DNA from: Methanobacteriota archaeon
GTDB taxonomy: Archaea > Thermoplasmatota > Thermoplasmata > SG8-5 > JAGLSY01
Assembly (NCBI GenBank): GCA_020697715.1
Contig: JAEHCO010000003.1
Span: forward strand, 160,001 to 224,000
Length of the DNA: 64,000 nucleotides
Reading direction: 5' to 3'
Under the pieces are notes generated by a model. The model was given only the letters and a program-made list of their open reading frames with translations, ran no database searches and was not told the DNA's origin. This document shows positions 18,630-27,423 of the stretch, one piece after another (position 1 is the first letter of the stretch; each line of letters begins with the position of its first letter). Position numbers and translations under genes: made by a program.

Positions 18630-18856
18630 ACTCTTCTAATCTATTCAAGTCGGTCGTGGCTTTGATGCTCATCGTCTTCATGTTGTTCATTATCACTCAA
18701 GCCGATTTCGATGATGATACCAAGCAGGAATCATCAATGAACGATCTGGGAACCAGTCTGTTCGAGGACAATTACCTACCATTCGTGCTTCTGTCACTGG
18801 TATTGTTCGCGGCCATGATGGGCTCAGTATATATTGCGAAGGAGAGAGACGAATGA
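18626..18856 (+). CDS. Complex I-like subunit J, C-terminal half (J2)
   Basis: LGTSLFEDNYLPF.LLSLVLFAAMMGSVYIA matches the NuoJ C-terminus. Confidence 0.8.
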   Translation: MNSSNLFKSVVALMLIVFMLFIITQADFDDDTKQESSMNDLGTSLFEDNYLPFVLLSLVLFAAMMGSVYIAKERDE

Positions 18857-19155
18857 TACCTCTAAATTATTATCTGGTACTATCCGCCATGCTCTTTTGC
18901 ATTGGTGTATACGGTGTATTGACCAAGAAGAATGCGATATACGTGCTGATGTCCATTGAGATCATGTTGAACTCGGTGAACATCAACTTTGTCGCTTTCT
19001 CCACTTATAATGGAGATATGTCCGGGCAGGTATTCGCCCTCTTCTCCATCGCACTGGCAGCAGCTGAAGTGGCTATTGGATTGGCCATATTCCTGTTGCT
19101 CTACAAGAGGCATGGGACCGTGGAGCTCAACAATATAAGGATACTGAGGTGGTAA
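18853..19155 (+). CDS. nuoK: Complex I-like subunit K
   Basis: LFCIGVYG, LMSIEIMLN, GQVFALF..ALAAAEVAIGLA. Confidence 0.95.
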   Translation: MIPLNYYLVLSAMLFCIGVYGVLTKKNAIYVLMSIEIMLNSVNINFVAFSTYNGDMSGQVFALFSIALAAAEVAIGLAIFLLLYKRHGTVELNNIRILRW

Positions 19156-19156
19156 A

Positions 19157-21112
19157 ATGACATGGGTAGAATTTTCTTACTTGATACCGATCATACCTTT
19201 CATCGCCTTCCTGATAGTGGCTTTCTTCGGAAATAAGATGAAAGAAGGCGGAGCGCCAGTGACAATTGCAGCTGTCGCTACCACTTTCGTACTATCTGTT
19301 CTGGTATTGTTCGATGTAATTGAGAATGGATCTTATGAGACATCCATGAATTGGATCGCAGGAACTGGTCTGGAGGTTGGTATATACATCGACAGCCTGA
19401 CAGCTCTGATGCTCATCGTGGTCACCTTTGTTTCCCTGATGGTATCGATATACTCTCTGGGTTACATGCATGATGATCCATGCAAGAGGCGTTACTATGC
19501 CGAGATAGCCCTTTTCGTAGGCTCCATGCTCGGTCTGGTACTGGCCAATAATTTCCTATTGATGTTCATCTTCTGGGAATTGGTGGGAGTTTGCTCCTAT
19601 CTTCTCATTGGATTCTGGTATCAGAAACCCGCGGCTGCAAGCGCGGCTAAAAAAGCTTTCCTTGTTACCAGGATAGGAGATGTTCTTTTCCTAACTGGCA
19701 TAGCGATGTTGTATGTGAAGTTCGGAACATTGAACTTTGTTGAATTGGAACATCTAATGGGGCATGATGTCCAGGGACTTCTGCTTCCAGCTCTCCTCCT
19801 GTTCGCAGGAGCGGTTGGAAAGAGTGCGCAGTTCCCATTGCATGTCTGGTTACCAAATGCGATGGAGGGTCCGACCACGGTCAGTGCCCTTATACATGCG
19901 GCCACGATGGTCAAGGCAGGAGTGTATCTGGTAGCCAGATCGTACTTCATTTTGGAGCATGTTCCTGATGCTTTCCTTATTATAGCGATAATCGGAGGGA
20001 TAACAGCTCTCATGGCAGCGACAATGGCGCTTGTCCAGTACGATATCAAAGGCGTGCTGGCATATTCCACCATCAGCCAGCTGGGGTACATGATGCTGGC
20101 TCTTGGAGCCGGGGCTCATGCCTTTGGTTATACCGCTGGTATGTTCCATCTGATGAACCACGCCTTCTTCAAGGCTCTACTCTTCTTGGCAGCTGGCAGT
20201 GTGATACACGCGGTCGGTTCCAATGATATGCGGAAGATGGGTGGTTTGCACAAGCACATGAAGATCACATCGATAACCATGCTGATAGGCTCGCTATCTA
20301 TAGCGGGATTCCCATTTATGAGTGGTTTCTTCAGCAAGGACGAGGTACTTTCATCGGTCTGGCATGCGGCAGCTGATAACAATATCTACTACGTACTGTA
20401 CGCGATGGGAGTGATAACCGCTTTCCTCACAGCCTTCTACATGTTCAGGCTCTGGTATATGACATTCTCCGGAGAACAAAGGGACAAGAGCTATCATCCT
20501 CACGAGTCGCCAAAGACAATGACGATACCACTGATGCTTCTGGCCATATTGGCCGCAGGAGCCGGTTTCTCCTTCTTCTTCGGCTTCCAGGACTTCATTT
20601 ACTTCGGGCACGCACCGCATGTCACTATCGTTCATATGTTCGAGATGTGGCAGACCTGGCTATCAATTGCCGCTGGTCTGGGCGGTATCGGCCTCGCGAC
20701 CCTGGTCTACTATAAGGGAACGATATCACCAAGTACCTTCACCGCAGGACCTGGCAGAAGGGCAGTACGCCATATGCTGGAAATGAAATACTGGATGGAT
20801 GAGATCTACATGGGCATAGCGGAGAAAGGCGTGTACGGTCTATCTCTACTCATGGACAAGTTCGACAGAAATGTCGTGGACGGTGCTATCAATGGTATAT
20901 CCAGTGGTGGTATTGGCCTTGGTCATGCATCCAATGAGTTCGACAAGGGCGTCATAGACGGTGCTGTCAATGGATTGAGCAAGGGCTCTTTCAAGGGCGG
21001 AAAGGCACTCTGGAACCTCCAAAGTGGCAGGGTTCAGGATTATGCCTCGATGATGATATTGGGTGTTTGTGGATTGATTGTCCTTATGATGTTGACGGGG
21101 GTGATCTCTTGA
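19157..21112 (+). CDS. nuoL: Complex I-like subunit L with duplicated 26-aa amphipathic helix segment
   Basis: WELVG, KAFLVTRIGD, GKSAQFPLHVWLPNAMEGPTTVSALIHAATMV, HAFFKALLFL; repeat FDRNVVDGAING.../FDKGVIDGAVNG.... Confidence 0.95.
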   Translation: MTWVEFSYLIPIIPFIAFLIVAFFGNKMKEGGAPVTIAAVATTFVLSVLVLFDVIENGSYETSMNWIAGTGLEVGIYIDSLTALMLIVVTFVSLMVSIYSLGYMHDDPCKRRYYAEIALFVGSMLGLVLANNFLLMFIFWELVGVCSYLLIGFWYQKPAAASAAKKAFLVTRIGDVLFLTGIAMLYVKFGTLNFVELEHLMGHDVQGLLLPALLLFAGAVGKSAQFPLHVWLPNAMEGPTTVSALIHAATMVKAGVYLVARSYFILEHVPDAFLIIAIIGGITALMAATMALVQYDIKGVLAYSTISQLGYMMLALGAGAHAFGYTAGMFHLMNHAFFKALLFLAAGSVIHAVGSNDMRKMGGLHKHMKITSITMLIGSLSIAGFPFMSGFFSKDEVLSSVWHAAADNNIYYVLYAMGVITAFLTAFYMFRLWYMTFSGEQRDKSYHPHESPKTMTIPLMLLAILAAGAGFSFFFGFQDFIYFGHAPHVTIVHMFEMWQTWLSIAAGLGGIGLATLVYYKGTISPSTFTAGPGRRAVRHMLEMKYWMDEIYMGIAEKGVYGLSLLMDKFDRNVVDGAINGISSGGIGLGHASNEFDKGVIDGAVNGLSKGSFKGGKALWNLQSGRVQDYASMMILGVCGLIVLMMLTGVIS

Positions 21113-21143
21113 GACTACTGAATCAAGATAAGACCGCAATGAA

Positions 21144-22640
21144 ATGGAGGTCGATATAGTGGCTATCGCAGATCTACCTTTATTGACCATCACACTTCTG
21201 ATACCAGTTATCGGAACTCTAGCAGTGTTCTTCATGAAGAATGAGGATAATGCGAAAAAGCTAGCCCTCATATTCTCATTGATACCTCTTGGAATGTCCA
21301 TTCTCATATGGTCATTGTTCGAGATAGGTGGCGGATACCAGTTCATGGAATCCCATACCTGGATAGAATCCATCGGGATCTCATATACTGTGGCTATCGA
21401 TGGACTGAGCTTACCAATGCTCTTCCTCACGACCCTGCTGATCCCTCTTTCCATCGTGTTCGCATGGGATACCAAGAAAAGACAGAAAGAGTTCTTCGGG
21501 CTTCTTCTCATGATCGAGGTTGGACTGATCGGTGTGTTCGTATCACTGGATTTCTTCCTGTTCTACATATTCTGGGAACTTGTTCTGATCCCGATGTATT
21601 TCTTCATCGGCATTTGGGGAGGTCCAAGAAAGCATTATGCAGCCATCAAGTTCTTCATATTCACTCATGTTGGCAGTGTGATAATGCTTCTTGCTATATT
21701 CGCGCTTTACTTCGAGTCAGCCAGCGTATTAGGATATGCCACCTTCAATATGATGGACATCGCCACCGTGAGTCCGACCTTCACAGCGGCTTTCCAAGGA
21801 GCGGCTTTCCTTGCATTGTTATTTGGCTTTGCAGTGAAGATGCCAGCAGTTCCTGTTCATACTTGGCTTCCAGATGCTCATGTCGAGGCACCAACAGCCG
21901 GCTCAGTTATCCTGGCTGGAGTCATGCTTAAGATGGGCGGATACGGTCTGTTCAGAGTGGGTATAACGATGTTGCCAGAAGGCGCGATGGAGTATTATTG
22001 GGTCATGGCCGCCCTTGGAGTGGTGGGCATGATATATGGTGCTCTAATATGCCTCGCACAGGTCGATCTGAAAAAGATGATCGCTTATTCCAGTATCAGT
22101 CATATGGGATTCGTGCTGTTGGGTGCATCTGCTCTTAATCTGGTAGGTGTGGCTGGTGGAATTTATCAGATGTTCAGTCATGGTATTGTGACCGCTGTTC
22201 TTTTCATGATGTGCGGTGTCATTCACCATAAGACTGGAACAAGGGATATCCCAAAACTACAAGGTCTGATAACCAAAATGCCACAGGCATCTTTCATATT
22301 GATAATCGGATTCCTGGCATCACTTGGTCTTCCAGGTATGAATGGGTTCGTCAGCGAGCTCATGGTGTTCGTGGGTGCTTATGAAGCATATTCCATCTTC
22401 ATAGTCGTGCCTTTGATAACACTCGCTATTGGAGCCGCTTACTATATCTGGACTATGCAGAGGATCCTCATGGGCGATTTCAATGAGAAGCTGGGTAATG
22501 TCACAGATCTTGAAAAATATGAATTGATACCACTAGCAATATTGGTGGTATTCATAATATTCCTCGGTTTCTATCCAAACCCGTTACTTGATGTGATATA
22601 TCCTGCAGCTGAGGCAGTTCTTGGAGGTGTTTTGTTATGA
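21144..22640 (+). CDS. nuoM: Complex I-like subunit M, copy 1
   Basis: FYIFWE..LIPMY, VKMP.VP.HTWLPDAHVEAPT.GS..LAG..LKMGGYG. Confidence 0.93.
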   Translation: MEVDIVAIADLPLLTITLLIPVIGTLAVFFMKNEDNAKKLALIFSLIPLGMSILIWSLFEIGGGYQFMESHTWIESIGISYTVAIDGLSLPMLFLTTLLIPLSIVFAWDTKKRQKEFFGLLLMIEVGLIGVFVSLDFFLFYIFWELVLIPMYFFIGIWGGPRKHYAAIKFFIFTHVGSVIMLLAIFALYFESASVLGYATFNMMDIATVSPTFTAAFQGAAFLALLFGFAVKMPAVPVHTWLPDAHVEAPTAGSVILAGVMLKMGGYGLFRVGITMLPEGAMEYYWVMAALGVVGMIYGALICLAQVDLKKMIAYSSISHMGFVLLGASALNLVGVAGGIYQMFSHGIVTAVLFMMCGVIHHKTGTRDIPKLQGLITKMPQASFILIIGFLASLGLPGMNGFVSELMVFVGAYEAYSIFIVVPLITLAIGAAYYIWTMQRILMGDFNEKLGNVTDLEKYELIPLAILVVFIIFLGFYPNPLLDVIYPAAEAVLGGVLL

Positions 22641-24082
22641 TACCATATATATCTCTGATATTGTTGATAACCTTGTTAGGAGCGATCCTGACATACCTAT
22701 TGGGCAAGGAAGACAAAACTGCCAAGCTGGTAGCTATAATCTTCTCCATCATACCCTTGATCCTCACCATCGTGATGTGGGCGACAATGGACTTTAATCT
22801 ATTGGAATTCCAATTCGTGGAAGATATCCCCTGGATAAGCCAATTGGGAATATCCTACACACTTGGTGTGGATGGATTGAGCTTCCCGATGGTCCTATTA
22901 GCGACAATACTGATGCCATTGGCTCTCATATTCTCATGGGATGTCAAACACAGGGTGAAGGAATACTTCGCTTTGATGCTGATGCTGGAAGTCGCCATGA
23001 TCGGTGTGTTCGTATCACTGGACATGTTCCTCTTCTTCATATTCTGGGAAGTTGGACTCGTTCCAATGTACTTCCTCATATCGGTATGGGGAGGCCCAAG
23101 GAAGAAATATGCCGCAGTCAAGTTCTTCCTTTTCACCCAGGCGGCAAGTATCCTTGTCCTGCTTGGTATAGCGGCCATATACTTCGAGATCGGTTCTTTC
23201 AGCCTCATAGACGCTCTGGCGAATGCAGGATCTATGGCAAGGGCAGTTCAGATACCGATATTCTTGGGATTCCTGATAGGGTTCGGGGCAAAGATGCCTA
23301 TTGTGCCATTGCATACTTGGCTTCCAGATGCGCATGTTGAAGCTCCAACCGGAGGTAGCGTTATCTTGGCAGGTGTGCTTCTGAAGATGGGAGGATACGG
23401 CCTGATAAGGTTTGGTATTCAGCTAATGCCCGAAGCAAGGGAATATTTCATGCCAGTCATGGCCGTGATCGGTGTTATAAGTATGATATACGGAGCAATG
23501 CTCTGTCTAGCACAGACCGACTTCAAGCGTTTGATAGCATATTCCAGTGTGAGCCACATGGGTCTTGTTCTTCTTGGTATAGCCACCATGACGATGAGTG
23601 GCCTGAGCGGTGCGATCTATCAGATGTTCGCTCATGGTCTGGTATCTGGTGGTCTGTTCATGATGGCCGGTGTCCTGCTCCACAAGACGGGCACGAGGGA
23701 TATCAGGGTGCTCCGAGGTCTTGCTCCAAAGATACCTCTCGCGGTAGTGGCATTGATCACTCTTTCAATGGCATCACTTGGATTACCAGGTCTTGTTAGC
23801 TTCATAACAGAAGTTCTCATATTCGTGGGAACCTACGAGGCCTTTGGTCTCTGGGTGTTCGTGCCATTGATAGCAGCTGTTCTTACTGCCGCTTACTATC
23901 TGTGGATGCTCCAGAAGGTTGCTTTCGGGCCATACAATGAGGAATTGGGCAATGATCTACATGACCTCTATGGTTACGAGCTCATACCATTGGCCATACT
24001 GATGTTCCTCATAGTGCTCTTTGGAATATATCCTGCAGCGGTGCTTAACATGGTGACAGCCTTTTCAGGAGGGATAATATGA
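22637..24082 (+). CDS. nuoM: Complex I-like subunit M, copy 2
   Basis: Same NuoM motifs (HTWLPDAHVEAPTGGS); diverged tandem paralog. Confidence 0.92.
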   Translation: MIPYISLILLITLLGAILTYLLGKEDKTAKLVAIIFSIIPLILTIVMWATMDFNLLEFQFVEDIPWISQLGISYTLGVDGLSFPMVLLATILMPLALIFSWDVKHRVKEYFALMLMLEVAMIGVFVSLDMFLFFIFWEVGLVPMYFLISVWGGPRKKYAAVKFFLFTQAASILVLLGIAAIYFEIGSFSLIDALANAGSMARAVQIPIFLGFLIGFGAKMPIVPLHTWLPDAHVEAPTGGSVILAGVLLKMGGYGLIRFGIQLMPEAREYFMPVMAVIGVISMIYGAMLCLAQTDFKRLIAYSSVSHMGLVLLGIATMTMSGLSGAIYQMFAHGLVSGGLFMMAGVLLHKTGTRDIRVLRGLAPKIPLAVVALITLSMASLGLPGLVSFITEVLIFVGTYEAFGLWVFVPLIAAVLTAAYYLWMLQKVAFGPYNEELGNDLHDLYGYELIPLAILMFLIVLFGIYPAAVLNMVTAFSGGII

Positions 24083-25545
24083 ATTATCTGATACTTCTAC
24101 CACAGATCATACTCGTGGCAATAGCCATGTTGATACCAGCCATTGACCTTTACTTCAAGGACAAGACACGCATATTGCCATATCTGGCCGCCGGAGCCTT
24201 GGGAGTTTCCCTGTTAATATTGTCTATATTCACAGGCATCATCCCATTGGAGATATTCGATGTCACCATACCCACATCTTTGTTCGGTGGAATGCTGGTC
24301 GTCGATAGGTTCGCACTATTCCTTCAATTATTGTTCGGAATGGTCACCTTCTTCGTGGTCATGGCATCGTCATCCTACATCAAGCAATACGATCGCAACC
24401 AGGGTGAATATTACTCCCTACTTCTGATAGCGACCGTTGGTATGATGACCGTGGCAATGGCCAATGATCTGATAACTTTGTTCATCGGTCTCGAAGTTGC
24501 CAGTATATCATCCTATGCGCTTACTGGTTTCAGAAAGAACAGTAAGAAGAGTGCGGAAGCCGCGATGAAATACTTCATAATCGGGGCTCTTTCCTCATCT
24601 ATCGTTCTGTATGGTATATCCTTGTTCTACGGATTGACTGGCACAACGGACCTTGCCCAGTTTGGAACCCAATTGCAGAATATCGATCCAAGTCAGGATG
24701 GCCTGTTAGCGATGGCCACGATATTCCTTATAGCGGGATTCAGCTTCAAGGTGGCCGCCGCCCCATTCCATATGTGGGCTCCTGATGTTTACCAGGGCGC
24801 GCCAACGACAATAACCACCTTCCTGGCCGCAGCGTCGAAGAAGATGGGATTTGCCGCTCTGTTCAAGGTCTTCCTTTTCGGTCTGATAGCTTTCAAGGCG
24901 GATTGGGCCATTGCCTTCGGTGTCATGGCAGCACTTACCATGACAGTTGGTAATCTCGCGGCATTGAAGCAAGAGGACCTGAAGAGGATGCTCGCATACT
25001 CCAGCATTGCACAAGCCGGTTACATAATGATGGCTCTGGCAATTGCGACCCAGTACGCTCTGGGAGGTGCATTGTTCCACATACTCACACACGCCTTCAT
25101 GAAGACTGGCGCTTTCATAATCGTGGCAATGTTATCCGTCATGCTCATTGGCTCCAAGGTTGGAGACCTTCGCGGTCTGAGGATCAAATCACCAATTACA
25201 GCTTTCTGTATGGCGATAATGATGTTGTCCTTGGCCGGAATTCCGCCTCTGGCAGGTTTCGCTTCCAAGTTCGTGCTGTTCTCAAGCGCGATAGATGCAG
25301 GCGGCTGGCTCATATGGTTGGCTGTAGTTGCTGTGATAAACAGCGCGATCTCCCTGTACTACTATGCGAGAGTTCTGAAGGAGATGTACGTTCTGCCAAC
25401 TGATCATATACCGATCAGGATGAAGGAACCACTGGCGATGCTGATACCTGTCGTATTGACAACAGCAGCTGTGATCATCGTCGGTCTGTATCCAGAGCCC
25501 TTCATAGATGCGGCAATGGACGCGGCAAGAGCTTTGATCCCATGA
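24079..25545 (+). CDS. nuoN: Complex I-like subunit N
   Basis: GEYY, EAAMKYF, FKVAAAPFHMWAPDVYQGAPT, KRMLAYSSI, SLAGIPP. Confidence 0.95.
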   Translation: MNYLILLPQIILVAIAMLIPAIDLYFKDKTRILPYLAAGALGVSLLILSIFTGIIPLEIFDVTIPTSLFGGMLVVDRFALFLQLLFGMVTFFVVMASSSYIKQYDRNQGEYYSLLLIATVGMMTVAMANDLITLFIGLEVASISSYALTGFRKNSKKSAEAAMKYFIIGALSSSIVLYGISLFYGLTGTTDLAQFGTQLQNIDPSQDGLLAMATIFLIAGFSFKVAAAPFHMWAPDVYQGAPTTITTFLAAASKKMGFAALFKVFLFGLIAFKADWAIAFGVMAALTMTVGNLAALKQEDLKRMLAYSSIAQAGYIMMALAIATQYALGGALFHILTHAFMKTGAFIIVAMLSVMLIGSKVGDLRGLRIKSPITAFCMAIMMLSLAGIPPLAGFASKFVLFSSAIDAGGWLIWLAVVAVINSAISLYYYARVLKEMYVLPTDHIPIRMKEPLAMLIPVVLTTAAVIIVGLYPEPFIDAAMDAARALIP

Positions 25546-25619
25546 TGATGAAATCTTTTGATTTCATAGTGATGGAATACCTGATACCATAGGCAAGGTG
25601 AAGTAGGAAAGCAGAGAAA

Positions 25620-25655
25620 GGGGCATGGTTGAACATGCCCCACTTTTCCCTTTTT
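25620..25655 (+). terminator. Hairpin with pyrimidine/T tract after nuoN
   Basis: GGGGCATG-GTTGAA-CATGCCCC followed by ACTTTTCCCTTTTT. Confidence 0.6.
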
Positions 25656-25988
25656 AGTTTTTAGATAAGGCTATTTTCGTATATCGCTCCCACCACCTTG
25701 TGGTTCCCCCAGCTTGAATATTATTGAATATTCTCACCCTCGATCTTGGATGTGTAAAATCCTGCTCGATTTAATGGTCATAATTATCATTATTTTTACG
25801 AATTGATCATTAATGTATCAACTAATGCTCAATAAAGTTTATATTACTAAGTTTCTTTACCGCCCTTTATAGCTATACAATATATATTATACATAAGAGT
25901 GAAAAGAATAATATATCGTATATGGCCCAAGTTTGGAATCGCTATACATACCGAATGTCAAATTTGGGATACGGGAGGCACGAAATCG

Positions 25989-26543
25989 ATGACAGTTACT
26001 GATAAGAACAATGTCAAAAGTGATGAGATCATTACCGCGGATCAGCTCGATCTAAATTTCAAGTACGAGGTGGCCGAGGAAATAGGTGGCGAAGGAATTT
26101 TACAATGTTTTCAATGCGGCACCTGCACGGCCACATGTCCAGTTCGTAAATTCGATCCAGACTTCAATGTGAGAAGGGTCATCAGATTAACTCTGCTCGG
26201 AGCCAAAGAGAAGGTCCTTACCAGTGACTTTGTCTGGATGTGTTCCACCTGTTATTCGTGTTACGAGTTGTGTCCTCAAAATGTCAAGATAACCGATGTC
26301 ATGACAGCTCTGAAGAACCTGGCCGTGAAGAATGGCCATGCTCATCCGAATGTCAAGGTCCATATTCCGATCTTGGAAGAATTTGGTCATCTCGGGGAGA
26401 TAACCGAGTTCGAGAACACTATCAGGGAAAAGCACGGTCTCCATGAGATAGTCCAGAGCCCTGATAAGGTCAAACTTATTTTTGAAAAGCGCAAGTTGAA
26501 GCTCTTCATGGAAGGCAAGCTTAAAGACGAAGGAGGCGAGTGA
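25989..26543 (+). CDS. hdrC: Heterodisulfide reductase subunit C
   Basis: CFQCGTCTATCP and WMCSTCYSCYELCP; start placed at ATG 25989 after GGGAGG. Confidence 0.92.
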   Translation: MTVTDKNNVKSDEIITADQLDLNFKYEVAEEIGGEGILQCFQCGTCTATCPVRKFDPDFNVRRVIRLTLLGAKEKVLTSDFVWMCSTCYSCYELCPQNVKITDVMTALKNLAVKNGHAHPNVKVHIPILEEFGHLGEITEFENTIREKHGLHEIVQSPDKVKLIFEKRKLKLFMEGKLKDEGGE

Positions 26544-27422
26544 ATGGATTACTTACTATACACTGGATGTACTGTTCCTTTGAGGGCTGTTGGTTACGAG
26601 ATAGCGGCCATCAAGGTCGCGAAAGAACTGGGTGTCAATTTACTGCCAATGGAAGAATTCACGTGCTGTGGCTACCCGATAACCTTCCTTGATAATGACA
26701 GTTCCATGGCTCTGGCAGTTTTGAATATCTGCCTTGCGGAGGAGAAGGGATTGAACATCGCGACATTATGCAATTCATGCACCGGTAATTTAACTAAAGC
26801 AAATTACCGAATGAAGACTGAAGAGAAATTCAGGAACAGGATCAATGAACTTCTCAGCCCAACTGGTCACCAATGGAAAGGAACTATCGAGATCAAACAT
26901 TTCGCTCGTATCCTTTACGAGGATGTCGGAGAGGAAAAGATGAAGGCCAGGGTTACGAAAAGCTTGGCTGGCAGTAATATCGCTCCCATGTATGGCTGCC
27001 ATTATCTGAAACCCTCCAAGATCTACGATGGCTTTGATCATCCAGATCATCCAGAATCCATGGAGACATTGATCCGATCTACCGGGGCAAAGCCAGTTCA
27101 ATATGTTGAGAAGACCCTTTGTTGCGGAGGCCCAATATTGGCACTTGGAGAAGAGATGCCTATGAACATGTCCCAGCGCATACTGGACGGTATGAAGAGG
27201 GAGAAGGCGGACGTGGCTGTTGTCGTGTGTCCCTTCTGCAATGTGATGATGGGCGAGTACCAATCCACCATCGGCGATAAGGCCGGGACAGAGTATGGTA
27301 TACCCACTTTCTACATGCCTCAGATAATCGGCCTGGCCTTCGGTTTCACACCAAAGGAACTTGGCCTGAAGAAGAAACAGGTCAAGAAAGCATTTGGCGA
27401 TATCTTACAGGAGGATGAGTAG
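26544..27422 (+). CDS. hdrB: Heterodisulfide reductase subunit B (two CCG domains)
   Basis: YTGC, TCCG, CNSC, YGCHYLKP, CCGG, CPFC. Confidence 0.93.
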   Translation: MDYLLYTGCTVPLRAVGYEIAAIKVAKELGVNLLPMEEFTCCGYPITFLDNDSSMALAVLNICLAEEKGLNIATLCNSCTGNLTKANYRMKTEEKFRNRINELLSPTGHQWKGTIEIKHFARILYEDVGEEKMKARVTKSLAGSNIAPMYGCHYLKPSKIYDGFDHPDHPESMETLIRSTGAKPVQYVEKTLCCGGPILALGEEMPMNMSQRILDGMKREKADVAVVVCPFCNVMMGEYQSTIGDKAGTEYGIPTFYMPQIIGLAFGFTPKELGLKKKQVKKAFGDILQEDE

Positions 27423-27423
27423 T

